From an uncultured bacterium (GTDB taxonomy: Bacteria > Zixibacteria > MSB-5A5 > GN15 > FEB-12), in the NCBI GenBank assembly GCA_963821635.1, contig CAWGEP010000004.1, forward strand, positions 318,654 through 382,653: a stretch of DNA of 64,000 nt, in the 5' to 3' direction. Below the pieces are notes generated by a model. That model saw nothing but the letters and a program-made list of their open reading frames with translations. It searched no databases and was not told the origin of the DNA. This document shows positions 21,698 to 32,707 of this stretch, in pieces. The position numbers and the translations under genes are program-made. Position 1 is the stretch's first letter; every line of letters begins with the position of its first letter.

Positions 21698-22551
21698 CTA
21701 TTTGGCGCTGTAATCGTAGAAACCGCGGCCGGTTTTCTTGCCGAGATACCCGGCATTCACCATTCGCCGCAAAAGCGGCGGCGCGGCGTAGTGGGGATCT
21801 TTGAATTCTTCGAACATAATATCCCCGATAAACAGAATCGTATCCAACCCGATGAAATCGGTCAAGGCCAGCGGCCCCATCGGGTGCCCGCAGCCGAGCT
21901 GCATGCCGGTATCGATATCTTCTCTCGAGGCAAGTCCGCGCTCAAGCTGGCGAATGGCATCAAGCAAATACGGGACGAGCAGGACATTGACAACAAACCC
22001 CGGCTTGTCGTGCGCGGTTATACAGTTTTTGCCGAGCGATTCTGCAAAAGTGAAAGCTGTCTTGTAGGTTGCATCTGAAGTATCAATGGTTCGGACTACT
22101 TCGCACAATTTCATAATCGGGACCGGGTTGAAGAAATGCAAGCCAAGGAATCGGTCGCGCCGCCGGGTGGCGGTGGCCATATCGCCGATGGACAGCGACG
22201 AAGTATTCGAAGCAAAGATCGCTTCTGGCTTGCAGATCGAGTCAAGTTCCTTGAAGACCGCTTTCTTGGCGGACGGGTTTTCGACTACGGCTTCGCAGAT
22301 GATATCGCAGTCAGCCAGGTCGAGAAGGTCGTTGGCATGTTTGATATTGCCGAGCACTTTTTCTTTGTCGGCGGGGCTGGCCTTCTGTTTTTCGATCGCC
22401 TTGTCGAGCGATTTTCCGATATATCCCATCCCCTTTTTAAAGTGTCATCGGAGACATCCGCGCCGATCACCGTATATCCGGCCGCAGCCGAAACTTGTGC
22501 GATCCCGCTTCCCATTTGCCCGAACCCAACGATTCCGACTTTCTTGATCAT
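21698..22551 (-). CDS. hbd: 3-hydroxybutyryl-CoA dehydrogenase; frameshift near 22435
   Basis: GFGQMGSGIA, SNTSS, GLHFFNPVP, HPMGPL.L.D.IGLD. Confidence 0.92.
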
Positions 22552-22577
22552 AGTGCCGTCCCTGTAATCTCCAATTC

Positions 22578-23054
22578 TTACTTTACCAGTTTCACCATTC
22601 GCAAACCCACCGTGTGGGTCGTGGTCCCCAGCAATTCAAACCCGGCTTTCAAATAACATCCCAGCGCTTCTTCGTTCTCGCCATACAGGTTGATGACCAC
22701 TTTGACCGTCCCGCGTTTTTCTGAGGCCCGCTGGTACAATAGTTCGATCATTTTGGTGCCAAATCCGCGCGAGCGTTTGATCGGATCAACAATCAAATGC
22801 GAAATTTCGATCGCCCGCTCGTTGGGGCGGGACCACAACTCGCCATAGGCGACCGGTTTGCGATCCGCAAGGAGCATAAACGAGGTCACGTCTTCGCGCT
22901 GCCAGCCCTCGACAATATCCTCCGCCGGCGGGAATTCCTTCCCCCGGCAGACATTGAAAAGTGTTTCTTCGGAATCGATCCAGGAGCGAACGACTTGCGC
23001 ATATTCATCGGCATATGGAATAATGTCAGCCTTGATGGAGATCGGCCCGGTCAT
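22578..23054 (-). CDS. GNAT acetyltransferase
   Basis: LIVDPIKRSRGFG, N..AL.CY.KAGF. Confidence 0.85.
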   Translation of the reverse strand: MTGPISIKADIIPYADEYAQVVRSWIDSEETLFNVCRGKEFPPAEDIVEGWQREDVTSFMLLADRKPVAYGELWSRPNERAIEISHLIVDPIKRSRGFGTKMIELLYQRASEKRGTVKVVINLYGENEEALGCYLKAGFELLGTTTHTVGLRMVKLVK

Positions 23055-23183
23055 AACCTTCCCTTCGTTTCAACCGGCGCAATATAGCGGGCAGCCGGTT
23101 TCGCGGCAACCGGATTTGGCGGACACGGAGTGCAAGAGCGAACCTGAAGGCAGTAGGTCAATTTGCCAGTGGTCTGCCGGCAT

Positions 23184-23250
23184 TGTGGGCGGCAGAGGTC
23201 CCCACCTGCCCCTCCCCGGCTCGGGCACACGAGGAGGTGTGCCGCGCACA
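23184..23250. repeat. GTG-tagged REP pair (REPIN-like)
   Basis: TGTGGGCGGCAGAGGTCCCCACCTGCCC and inverted GGGCACACGAGGAGGTGTGCCGCGCACA. Confidence 0.75.
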
Positions 23251-23360
23251 GATCTCAGACTGACCTATCACCGACCCTGAACCGCACGTTGACTTTGGCG
23301 TTATCAGTTGGTATATACGCCCAAGTTCCGGGACAATTGAACCAGGAGAAATGGACCGAA

Positions 23361-24563
23361 ATGATTGACTTTTCCCTCTCAGAGAATCACCTGGCGGTGC
23401 GCGATATGGCGCGCGATGTGGCCTCCAAAGTGATCATCCCGACCATCCAAAAATATGACCGCGAACAGAAGCTGAACCCCGATTTGCTCCCGGCCATGCA
23501 GGCAGCAAATCTGCTCGGATTTTGCATTCCGGAACAGTACGGTGGGCTCGGCATGGATTACATTTCGCTCGGGCTGGCGTCCGAAGAACTCGAATATGGG
23601 GATACCTCGGCGCGGGTGATTTTGTCGGTTCATATCGGTCTATTTTCTCTGCCGGTGCTGGTATGGGCCAATGAAGAGCAGAAGAAGAAATATCTCGTTC
23701 CGGCCGCTAAGGGTGAGAAAATTGCGACGTTCGGATTGACGGAACCTGCTGCCGGCTCGGATGTGGTCGGGATTCAAACCACCGCTGTCAAGAAAGGGAA
23801 TCAGTATATTCTCAACGGCGAGAAGATGTGGATTTCGCTGGCCGACATCGCCGATTATTTCTGGATTTTTGCCTGGACCGATCTGGAGAAAAAGAAGAAT
23901 CGGGATCACAGCGGCCTTTCGGCCTTTATCGTTGAACGTACCTGGCCTGGATTGACCACCGGCACGATTCACGGCAAACTCGGCGTGCGCGCGGGAAATA
24001 CCGGCTTTATCTCGATGCAGGATGTTCCGGTGCCGGCCGAGAATCTGGTCTACAAAGAAGGGGAAGGGTTCAAGATTGCCATGTTTTGTCTCGATCAGGG
24101 GCGGTACACGGTAGCCGCGGGATCATGCGGCTTGATTCGGGCCTGCCGGGATGCCAGCATCAGCTATTCCCATCAGCGGAAGACCTTTACCCACGAGATC
24201 GCTGAGCACCAATTGGTCAAGCAGATGATCGCCAATATGGAAGCCTCGTATGAGTACTGCACCCATCTCTGGATGAAGGCCGGGTGGCTGAAGAACCAGG
24301 GAGTCCGCTCGACGAGAGCGACGTCGTTGGCGAAATGGATTGCCTGCCGCGAGGCGGAAGCAAGCGCGGCCAATGCCGTGCAAGTTTATGGAGCGTACGG
24401 TTTTTCGGACGAGTATCCGGTCGAGCGGTTTTATCGCAATTCCAAGGGGGCCTCGATTTACGAAGGAACCCGCGAGATTCACACCTTGATGCAGGCGGAC
24501 TATGTGCTTGGGGTCCGGCGAGACCATGAATTGGAGCGGGATTTGCCGGCGGTGGGGCAGTAG
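23361..24563 (+). CDS. Acyl-CoA dehydrogenase
   Basis: FGLTEPAAGSD, LNGEKMWIS, GAYGFSDEYPVERFYR, IYEGT. Confidence 0.95.
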   Translation: MIDFSLSENHLAVRDMARDVASKVIIPTIQKYDREQKLNPDLLPAMQAANLLGFCIPEQYGGLGMDYISLGLASEELEYGDTSARVILSVHIGLFSLPVLVWANEEQKKKYLVPAAKGEKIATFGLTEPAAGSDVVGIQTTAVKKGNQYILNGEKMWISLADIADYFWIFAWTDLEKKKNRDHSGLSAFIVERTWPGLTTGTIHGKLGVRAGNTGFISMQDVPVPAENLVYKEGEGFKIAMFCLDQGRYTVAAGSCGLIRACRDASISYSHQRKTFTHEIAEHQLVKQMIANMEASYEYCTHLWMKAGWLKNQGVRSTRATSLAKWIACREAEASAANAVQVYGAYGFSDEYPVERFYRNSKGASIYEGTREIHTLMQADYVLGVRRDHELERDLPAVGQ

Positions 24564-24603
24564 TTGATTGTTCCAGATTCGGGGTATTTCTCTGACCCTT
24601 TTC

Positions 24604-24674
24604 CGTCGCACTGAGCGGAGACGAAGTGCGACGAGTGCCGGTTTCGTCGGGTTTCGACTCCGCTCAACCCGACG
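24604..24674. repeat. CGTC-tagged REP pair related to the 19.0-19.3 kb array
   Basis: CGTCGCACTGAGCGGAGACGAAGTGCGACG and inverted CGTCGGGTTTCGACTCCGCTCAACCCGACG. Confidence 0.75.
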
Positions 24675-24728
24675 ATCTGAATTCGCTGCCACAATACTGG
24701 CCACCCTGTCAGGTGGCCTTTTCAGTTC

Positions 24729-24971
24729 GTGGGCGGCAGACGTCCTCGTCTGCCCCTCTACCAACTAACATCGGGCACACGGGGACGTGTGCCGCGCACA
24801 TTTTGGGCTGGCGTTCCCTCCTTGGATCGAGCTTAGCGCGAGTTCCCAGCCGGTCGGAATTCAGCGCCCGTTGGGTGTGCTACAGGAATTTCCACGGAAA
24901 ACAAGAAAGGCCACCCTCTGGGGTGGCCCTTTGTAAGAACTTTCGGGCAGACGAGGACGTCTGCCGCGCAC
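24729..24971. repeat. Cluster of three GTG-tagged REPs
   Basis: Copies at 24729-24755, 24773-24800 and 24945-24971 of GTG(G/C)GCGGCA(G/C)ACGTCC(T/C)CGT(C/G)TGCCC or its complement. Confidence 0.8.
24906..24932. terminator. Bidirectional terminator-like hairpin
   Basis: AAAGGCCACCC-TCTG-GGGTGGCCCTTT downstream of glmS. Confidence 0.6.
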
Positions 24972-24978
24972 TGCCAGT

Positions 24979-26805
24979 TTATTCCACCGTCACCGACTTG
25001 GCCAGGTTTCTCGGCTGGTCGACCGGGCAGCCGCGCATCACTGCCACATGATACGCCAGCAACTGTAGCGGAATCACCGACAACAGCGGTGTCAGCAAGT
25101 GGTGCGTCTGCGGGACATATAGTACATGATCGACCTTATCGGCGATCTCGGTGTCCCCTTCGGTAGCAATCGCGATCACGCGTCCTTTGCGGGCCCGGAC
25201 TTCGGCGATATTGGACATGACTTTGTCGTAGACCGGATCTTTCAGAGCGATCACCACAACCGGCATGTTTTCGTCGATCAAGGCGATCGGGCCATGTTTC
25301 ATCTCGGCGGCCGGATATCCTTCGGCATGGATGTAAGAAATCTCTTTGAGTTTCAGCGCGCCTTCAAGGGCGACGGGGAAATTGATTCCGCGTCCGAGAT
25401 ACAGGAAATTGTTGGTCTTATAGTGCAAAGCGGCGATCCGCTTGACCTTGTCTTCGTTCTGCAGAATCCAGTCCACCTGGTCCGGAATTTTGTTGATCCA
25501 TTCAATCATCCCGCGGCCGTGCTGGGCCGAGACATTTCTCATCCGGCCGAGCAGCGTGCCGATCAGGGCGAGCACCATCACCTGCGACGTGAACGCTTTG
25601 GTTGACGCTACGCCGATTTCCGGGCCGGCGTGAATGTACACGCCGCCATCGGAGTCACGGGCGATAGTTGATCCGACGACGTTTACGATTCCAAGTACGG
25701 TCGCGCCGCGCTGTTTGGCTTCTTTCATGGCAGCCAGCGTATCAGCGGTCTCGCCGGACTGAGAGATGGCCAGCAGGATGGTTCCTTCTTCCATGATCGG
25801 CGAACGATACCGGAATTCCGAGGCATACTCGACCTCGACCGGGATTCGGGCGAATTCCTCGATGATATATTCTCCGATAAGAGCGGAGTGCCAGGAAGTT
25901 CCGCAGGCGGTAATAATCACGCGTTTGATGCGGCGGAGTTCATCGAGCTGAAGGTTGAGGCCATTGAGGCGGCTGGTCCCCTCTTCGTAGTTCAGGCGGC
26001 CGCGAATGGCGTTCCGAAGGCAGCTGGCCTGCTCGTGGATCTCTTTCAGCATGAAATGATCGTACCCTTCCTTTTCGATCATCTCGAGCGTCCAGCTGAT
26101 TTCTTCGATCGTCGGCGTTATTTTGACATTGGTAATGGTCGTGATTTGATAATCTTCCGGCGTGATCGTGGCGATTTCGCCGTCCTGCAAGTATACCACG
26201 CGGTTGGTGTGTTCCAGCATGGCGGAAACGTCGGAAGCGACAAAGTTTTCGCCATCGCCGTGGCCGATCACCAGGGGCGAGCCCTTGCGAGCGGCGACGA
26301 TCACATCGGGATGGAGCGTGGAAACCACGGCGATGCCGTAGGTCCCTTCGACCTGAGTGAGGGCGTTGCGCACGGCCTCGGTGAAATCTCCCTGGTAGTT
26401 GATCCGAATGAGATGTACCAGAATCTCGGTGTCAGTCTCGGTACGGACAACAACACCCTTGCGGATCAAATACTCTTTTAACGAGCGGTAGTTTTCGATG
26501 ATGCCGTTATGGACCAGGGCAAACTCGCCGAAATTGTCGGTGTGCGGGTGGGCGTTCAGTTCACTCGGCTCGCCGTGAGTAGCCCAGCGGGTGTGGGCGA
26601 TACCGTGCGTACTGTTGTATTCCTGGCCGCCGATCAATTCTTCAAGCTGCTTGATCTTGCCGACCGATTTGGAAATCACGAAATGGTTGCCGTCAAGCAA
26701 GGCAATGCCGGCTGAGTCGTAACCGCGATACTCGAGCCGCTTGAGCCCCGACATGAGAATCGGCAGCGCTTTCTTCTGTCCCACGTATCCTACAATGCCG
26801 CACAT
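24979..26805 (-). CDS. glmS: Glutamine-fructose-6-phosphate aminotransferase
   Basis: MCGIVG, HTRWATHG, C-terminal PRNLAKSVTVE. Confidence 0.99.
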   Translation of the reverse strand: MCGIVGYVGQKKALPILMSGLKRLEYRGYDSAGIALLDGNHFVISKSVGKIKQLEELIGGQEYNSTHGIAHTRWATHGEPSELNAHPHTDNFGEFALVHNGIIENYRSLKEYLIRKGVVVRTETDTEILVHLIRINYQGDFTEAVRNALTQVEGTYGIAVVSTLHPDVIVAARKGSPLVIGHGDGENFVASDVSAMLEHTNRVVYLQDGEIATITPEDYQITTITNVKITPTIEEISWTLEMIEKEGYDHFMLKEIHEQASCLRNAIRGRLNYEEGTSRLNGLNLQLDELRRIKRVIITACGTSWHSALIGEYIIEEFARIPVEVEYASEFRYRSPIMEEGTILLAISQSGETADTLAAMKEAKQRGATVLGIVNVVGSTIARDSDGGVYIHAGPEIGVASTKAFTSQVMVLALIGTLLGRMRNVSAQHGRGMIEWINKIPDQVDWILQNEDKVKRIAALHYKTNNFLYLGRGINFPVALEGALKLKEISYIHAEGYPAAEMKHGPIALIDENMPVVVIALKDPVYDKVMSNIAEVRARKGRVIAIATEGDTEIADKVDHVLYVPQTHHLLTPLLSVIPLQLLAYHVAVMRGCPVDQPRNLAKSVTVE

Positions 26806-26819
26806 ATCTTACATTCCTT

Positions 26820-28178
26820 CTATTTGAAGAAATCGATGACCTTACGAAGTAATTCGTTCGTGTGATCGCGATCGGAAGTCTCCACGATCAGCCGGTAGAT
26901 CGGCTCGGTATTTGAGCTTCTGATCTGAACCCATCCCTTATCAAAGTCGAAGCGGAGGCCGTCGCGACGGTCAATGGTCGCGGGACCGAACAGGGAGTGC
27001 GCCTCGGTCTCGAATCGAGTAAGACGCTCCTTAAAATCTTCGGGAAGAGACGCTTTGGTCTTTATAATATAGTATTTCGGGAAAGTTCCAACAAGCCCTT
27101 TCACACTCAGCTTCTCTTCGGCCAGACAACTCAGCACCAGGGCTGCGGCGACGAGCGAGTCGCGTCCGGCATGACAGGCTGGATAAATAACGCCCCCGTT
27201 TCCTTCGCCGCCGATCACCGCTTTCTTCTCCCGCATCATTTGAACGACATTCGATTCCCCCACTTTCGAATAGTAGACCGGCGAGCCCATCTCCTTGGCC
27301 ACGGCCGCAGTAGTTGATGATGTCGACAAGTTGATGACGGTTACCCCTTTGGTCTTCTTAAGTACTTGTTTAACGGCTATGGTCAGCGTCAGTTCCTCGT
27401 TGATGGGAGTGCCGGTTTCATCAACAACCACCAGCCGGTCGGCATCCGGGTCACACGCCAGTCCGATGTCCGCCTTGTGCTTACGAACTTCACGCCCAAG
27501 CTGGGTCAGGTGCTCAGGGATCGGCTCCGGCTTATGGACGAAATCCCCGTCCCCTTTGCAGTTGATACGGATGACTTTGGCTCCAAGTTGCTCAAGCAAC
27601 ATGGGGAGAGCGAGCGAACCGGCGCCATTGATGGCATCGACCACAATTTTGAATTTGCGCTTCTTTATGGCTGGGCGATTTATCGTCTTCATCGCCAGTG
27701 TCATTTTGACATGCTGCTCGATCCACTTGGCTTGATAACTGACTTGGCCCACTTTGTCCCACGTGACATAAGAGAATGCGCCGGAATTGAAAATGGCATC
27801 GAGTTCCTTGTATTGCTCCGGCGTAATAAACTCGCCGGTGGAGCTGAAGAATTTCAGGGCGTTCCACTCGGACGGATTGTGTGATGCGGTGACGCAAATT
27901 CCGCCGGCCGCTTTCAGCTTCTTGACTGCAATCTCGACCGTCGGGGTCGGCACAATGCCGATATCGATAACATCGATTCCGACCGACATCAGCCCGGAAA
28001 CAACAGCCCGCGAGACCATCTCGCCAGAGGTTCGGCTGTCCCGCCCTATGACCAGTTTCCCCTTCTTCAGGAAGGTCCCAAAAGCGGCGCCATAGGCGGA
28101 GATCATCACCGGATCGAGCCCGTTGCCGACAACGCCGCGTATGCCGGAAGTCGATTTAACCAGCTGTTTTGTATCCAT
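26820..28178 (-). CDS. glmM: Phosphoglucosamine mutase (alpha-D-phosphohexomutase family)
   Basis: TASHNP, DPDADR, GGEGNGG, RSSNTEP; directly upstream of glmS. Confidence 0.85.
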   Translation of the reverse strand: MDTKQLVKSTSGIRGVVGNGLDPVMISAYGAAFGTFLKKGKLVIGRDSRTSGEMVSRAVVSGLMSVGIDVIDIGIVPTPTVEIAVKKLKAAGGICVTASHNPSEWNALKFFSSTGEFITPEQYKELDAIFNSGAFSYVTWDKVGQVSYQAKWIEQHVKMTLAMKTINRPAIKKRKFKIVVDAINGAGSLALPMLLEQLGAKVIRINCKGDGDFVHKPEPIPEHLTQLGREVRKHKADIGLACDPDADRLVVVDETGTPINEELTLTIAVKQVLKKTKGVTVINLSTSSTTAAVAKEMGSPVYYSKVGESNVVQMMREKKAVIGGEGNGGVIYPACHAGRDSLVAAALVLSCLAEEKLSVKGLVGTFPKYYIIKTKASLPEDFKERLTRFETEAHSLFGPATIDRRDGLRFDFDKGWVQIRSSNTEPIYRLIVETSDRDHTNELLRKVIDFFK

Positions 28179-28280
28179 AGTCGTTTCTATCTTTATCGTA
28201 CGAATTAGCGATTTGAGCACATTTTCGGGGCGCTTATCTGGACTCTTTTCGACTCCCGGACGGTTCCGGCTAAGTCATTG

Positions 28281-29069
28281 TTACTGAGCGTGAAGCACCC
28301 GTTTCATCACTCCGTGCAGTTTTCCATTGGTGGCGAGCAAATCCGGCGCAAAAATCGAATATGTGGAGCCATCTACTCGACTAAGCCGTCCCCCCGCTTC
28401 GGCTACAATCAAGGTAGCGGCGGCGGTGTCCCAGGGGTGAAGTTTCAATTCCCAGAATCCATCGATTCTTCCAGCCGCCAGCCAGCACAGATCGATCGCC
28501 GCCGAGCCGGGACGCCGGACCCCCTGCGCCTTTTTGGCCATTCTGGCAAAATACCCGAGGTTGTTTTTGCGCGCGGTCCCGATGTCGTAGGCAAACCCGG
28601 TTGCCAAAAGGGCCCGGTCCAACCGAGACTCGCTCGAAACTCTGATTCGCGTCTTGTTCAACCAGGCGCCCGAGCCTCGCAGCGACCAGAACAGTTCCTT
28701 GCGCTCCGGATCGTAGACGGCACCGGCGACTATCTGGCCCTGATATTCTACTCCGATCGAGACGCAATAGACCGGAAAGCCATGGGCAAAATTGACCGTT
28801 CCGTCCAGCGGATCGACAATCCAGACAAATTCTGATTTCCCCCGCGAATCGGAGCCTTCTTCCCCCAACACCGCGTGTCCCGGAAATCTCCGGGAAATCT
28901 CATGGCTGATTAGTTCCTCCGAGGCCAGATCGATTTGCGTGACCGGATTGATTCTCCCCTTGTATTGGATGGTCATACGGCGATTGAAGCCGCTTTGGAC
29001 AAGCCTGCCGGCTTTGACCGCGAGGGCTTTGGCGAACTCTGTTATTTGGGACAGTTCCCGGACTGTCAT
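28281..29069 (-). CDS. suhB: Inositol monophosphatase
   Basis: WIVDPLDGTVNF, GSAAIDLC, PWDTAA. Confidence 0.93.
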   Translation of the reverse strand: MTVRELSQITEFAKALAVKAGRLVQSGFNRRMTIQYKGRINPVTQIDLASEELISHEISRRFPGHAVLGEEGSDSRGKSEFVWIVDPLDGTVNFAHGFPVYCVSIGVEYQGQIVAGAVYDPERKELFWSLRGSGAWLNKTRIRVSSESRLDRALLATGFAYDIGTARKNNLGYFARMAKKAQGVRRPGSAAIDLCWLAAGRIDGFWELKLHPWDTAAATLIVAEAGGRLSRVDGSTYSIFAPDLLATNGKLHGVMKRVLHAQ

Positions 29070-29073
29070 CTCT

Positions 29074-30885
29074 TTACCCGGCTATTTTGGCATCACTAAG
29101 ATCGCCGACCGCCTGCTTCTTGTACTGCATCTGGTACAGCTTGTGGTAGATTCCCTGCTTCTTCATCAGTTCGTCGTGACGCCCGATTTCCCGAACCTGG
29201 CCATGATGCAGTACTACAATCTGATCCGCCTTCTCGATGGTCGACAGGCGGTGCGCGATAATAATCGATGTCCGCCCTTTCAACAGCTCGTCAAGAGCCG
29301 ACTGAATCAGTTTCTCGGTCTCAGTATCAACCGAACTGGTCGCTTCATCAAGTATCAAAATGTCGGGATCAAAGGCGAGAGCGCGGGCAAATGACAGAAG
29401 CTGCTTCTGGCCGGTCGATAGCGTCGTCCCACGCTCGCGAATTTCGCTGTGAATGCCTCCCGGCAAATCCTTGAGAAACCGCCCGAACCCGACCCGGGTC
29501 AAGGCTTCGAGCACCCGTTCATCGGAAATCGAAGTATCTCGAAGCCGGACATTGCTGGCCAAATCGCCGCTGAACAGGTAAACATCTTGAAGCACCAAGC
29601 CGAGATGTTTGCGCAAATCGGTGACCGGAATATCGGTCAAGGGAATTCCATCAAGTTTGATCGCCCCCTTCTGGTAATCATAGAAGCGGTACAGAAGGGA
29701 GATGATCGAGGTCTTGCCGGCTCCCGTGGCGCCGACCAGCGCGACTTTTCCGCCCGGTTTGACCGAGAATGAGACATCTTTCAAGACCCAGTCTTCCTTA
29801 TCATAGGCGAACCAGATATTCTCAACATCGATCTTACCGGCGAAATTAGGTCGCGCCGCCGGTTTTTCGGTATCGAGAATTTTCGGTTCGGTGTCGAGCA
29901 GATTGAAAATCCGTTCGGAGGAAGCCATCGAAGACTGAAGCACGTTGTATTTTTCCGCGAGGTCGGCGATCGGGCGATAGAATCTCTGGACCAGCTGGAT
30001 AAACGCCACGAGTTCGCCGAAAGTCAGCGCTCCCTGCAAAATCGCCAGGTGGCCGTTGTACAGCAGAAGCGCCAGAGAAAATGAGCCGATCACTTCAACG
30101 GTCGGGAAAAAGACCGCATAGTAGAGGACGGAACGGAAGTGGTGCCCCTGAAGATCGGCGTTGATTCGGTCAAACTTTTGATAAGTCTGGTCTTCATGCG
30201 TAAAGAGCTGGACAATCTTCATCCCGGTGACATGCTCCTGCATGAAGGCATTCAGACGAGCCAGGGTCCTGCGGACATTGCGATAGACATTCCGGACTTT
30301 GTAGCGGAAGACGAACGTAGCTCCCACCAGGAGCGGCAGCGCCGTAAACGTGATCAGCGCAAGTCGCCAGTTATAATACAGCAGCGCGCCGACGATGAAG
30401 GTGAGCATGAAAATGTCGCCGATAATCGTCACCACGCCCGACGAAAACATTTCGTTCAGGACATTGACATCGTTGGTAACGCGGGTCAAAAGCCGGCCGA
30501 CCGGATTCCGGTCGTAGAACTGTGGGTGAAGCCGCTGGAGATGACGGAAGATCTGCATCCTGATATCGAATTGCACCCGCTGGCCAAGCCACATGGTGAT
30601 GTAGGTTTCACCGTAGCTGGCGGCGAACATGATAACCATAACGCCGAGATATAGGAGCGCCATCCAGCCGAATCCGCCCATCAGCCCCTTGGAGATGTAG
30701 TTGTCGATGGCGTGCTGGGTAACAAATGCCAGGCCGATCTGGGCGAGGGAACCAACTAACAGAAACAGAACCGCCGCGGTCACCGGCCAGCGGTACGGCC
30801 TGATATACTTCAGCAGCCGCTTCATCAAGCGGGCGTCGTACGCCTTCCCCAGCGCTTCTTCCTCGAAAAACCCTTCTTGTGCCAT
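29074..30885 (-). CDS. ABC exporter subunit (TMD plus NBD, MdlB-like)
   Basis: GATGAGKT, LSTGQKQ, LDEATS. Confidence 0.93.
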   Translation of the reverse strand: MAQEGFFEEEALGKAYDARLMKRLLKYIRPYRWPVTAAVLFLLVGSLAQIGLAFVTQHAIDNYISKGLMGGFGWMALLYLGVMVIMFAASYGETYITMWLGQRVQFDIRMQIFRHLQRLHPQFYDRNPVGRLLTRVTNDVNVLNEMFSSGVVTIIGDIFMLTFIVGALLYYNWRLALITFTALPLLVGATFVFRYKVRNVYRNVRRTLARLNAFMQEHVTGMKIVQLFTHEDQTYQKFDRINADLQGHHFRSVLYYAVFFPTVEVIGSFSLALLLYNGHLAILQGALTFGELVAFIQLVQRFYRPIADLAEKYNVLQSSMASSERIFNLLDTEPKILDTEKPAARPNFAGKIDVENIWFAYDKEDWVLKDVSFSVKPGGKVALVGATGAGKTSIISLLYRFYDYQKGAIKLDGIPLTDIPVTDLRKHLGLVLQDVYLFSGDLASNVRLRDTSISDERVLEALTRVGFGRFLKDLPGGIHSEIRERGTTLSTGQKQLLSFARALAFDPDILILDEATSSVDTETEKLIQSALDELLKGRTSIIIAHRLSTIEKADQIVVLHHGQVREIGRHDELMKKQGIYHKLYQMQYKKQAVGDLSDAKIAG

Positions 30886-32655
30886 CAGAGCTGCTCGATT
30901 TCCATTGCCAGAAGTTGCGCCCGGTACAGTTCCGCGTAGTTGCCGTCGAGACGAAGCAGCGCTTCGTGATTTCCCTGCTCGACAATCTGCCCGTTTTCAA
31001 GATAAATGATCAGATCGGCCTCTTTCACCGAGGAGATTCGATGTGATATGATGAATGTCGTCCGTTCCGCCACGGCCTCTTTCATGCGCTCGTTGATCTC
31101 GTCCTCGGTCTCGGTGTCGACCGCCGAAGTGGCGTCATCGAGAACGACAATCGCCGGATCGATCAGGAGCGAGCGGGCGATCGCGGTGCGCTGTTTTTGT
31201 CCCCCGGACAGAGTGATGCCGCGCTCGCCGACCACGGTCTCATAATGCATCGGGAATTGAGAGACATCCTTGGACAGAGCCGCGACTTCCGCGGCCGCTT
31301 CAACTTCAACCAGGGTCGCGTCTTCGCGTCCAAACCGAATGTTGTTGGCGAGCGAGTCGGAGAACAGGAACGGCTCCTGGGTGGCAAACCCGATCTGGCT
31401 TCGCAGCGTTCCGAGCTCCCAGTCGTTGATATCGACATCATCGATGAAGATCTCGCCCCGGTTGATCGGATACATGCGCGGCAGGAGCGAGACCAGCGTG
31501 GTCTTGCCCGAGCCCACCGAGCCGACAATGCCGATCGTCTGGCCGGGCTCAACGGTCAGCGTGATGCCGTTAAGGATACTCCGCCCATTATAGCCGAAGG
31601 TGAGTTTGCGGAATTCAACTTTCCCTTTCATCCGGGCTTTGTGCAGACCATCCCGCTCATTGCGCACTTTGGGCTGAGTGTGAAGTATTCGATTAATTCT
31701 ATCCAGAGAGGCAGTCCCTTGTTGGTAGAGCGAGATCACATATCCGCCGGCCATGAGGGGCCAAAACAGCATCGTCAAGTATCCAAAGAAGGCGACCATC
31801 GTCCCGAGTGGTATATTTCCTTTGAGCACATCCAGCCCGCCAAAATAGAGCACGGCCAGATTCAGGAGCGAGGCCACAAAAATCAAGAGCGGAAACATGG
31901 CGCCATATAATCTCGCCAGATCAAGGTTGAGCCGGACATATTCATTGGAAATATGGGCGAAATTTCTGATTTCCTGCGACTCCTGGCGGTACGCTTTGAC
32001 CACCCGAATTCCGGCCAGGTTTTCCTGAGCCACGGCCGTTAGAGTCGAGAAATGCTCCTGAACTTTCGTGTATTTCTTGTGCACCAGATTGCCGAGACGA
32101 TTGACCAGCAGCGGCACTACGATCATGGGAGCGACAGCATAGAGCGTCAATTTGGGGGACATGAAGATCATGAAACTGAGGGCGACGACGATCGTCACGA
32201 TCGTATTGGCGATCTGCATGATCCCCGGGCCGATCATAGTCCGCACTGATTCCAAGATCATTCGTGGCGCGTGCCATGATATCGCCGGTACGGGTCTGAT
32301 CGTAGAAAGAGGGAGACAATTTCATCAGGTGGCCGAACAGCGCTCCCCGCAGGTCATATTCCAGCTTCCGGGACATCCAGATGATGGTCCGCCGCATGAA
32401 GAAGCGGAACACGCCGGCGGCAATGGACAGCCCCAAAATCAATAGTACCAGATTGAGAATTTCAGACGAAGGGGCCTTCTGGGCGATCTTGTCGAAGATG
32501 ATTTTAAGCAGGTACGGGTTGATCAGCAGCAGGGAGTTGGCCAGAACGACCGCGAGTCCGCCCCAAATGAGGTATCGGCGGTATCCCTTGAGGAATCCCG
32601 CGATGATGGTCCAGCGACCGTAAGTTGAAGTGGCGGTTGGTGTACCGTTATCCAT
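30885..32655 (-). CDS. ABC exporter subunit (MdlA-like, degenerate site); frameshift near 32252
   Basis: RTGDIMARATND.., GSVGSGKT, LSGGQKQR, LDDATS. Confidence 0.9.
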
Positions 32656-32707
32656 CAAATGACTTATGCCTGTGAAGTCCTTAGAAGAAGTATAACGTCA
32701 CGAGGGG

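Noticed and set aside
22425-22445. Programmed frameshifting in hbd (and crt, the ABC exporter, the SdpI-like gene)
   Set aside because: No common slippery signal or biological precedent; scattered 1-nt indels fit sequencing error better.
26805-26820. glmS ribozyme
   Set aside because: Only 14 nt separate glmM and glmS, leaving no room for it.
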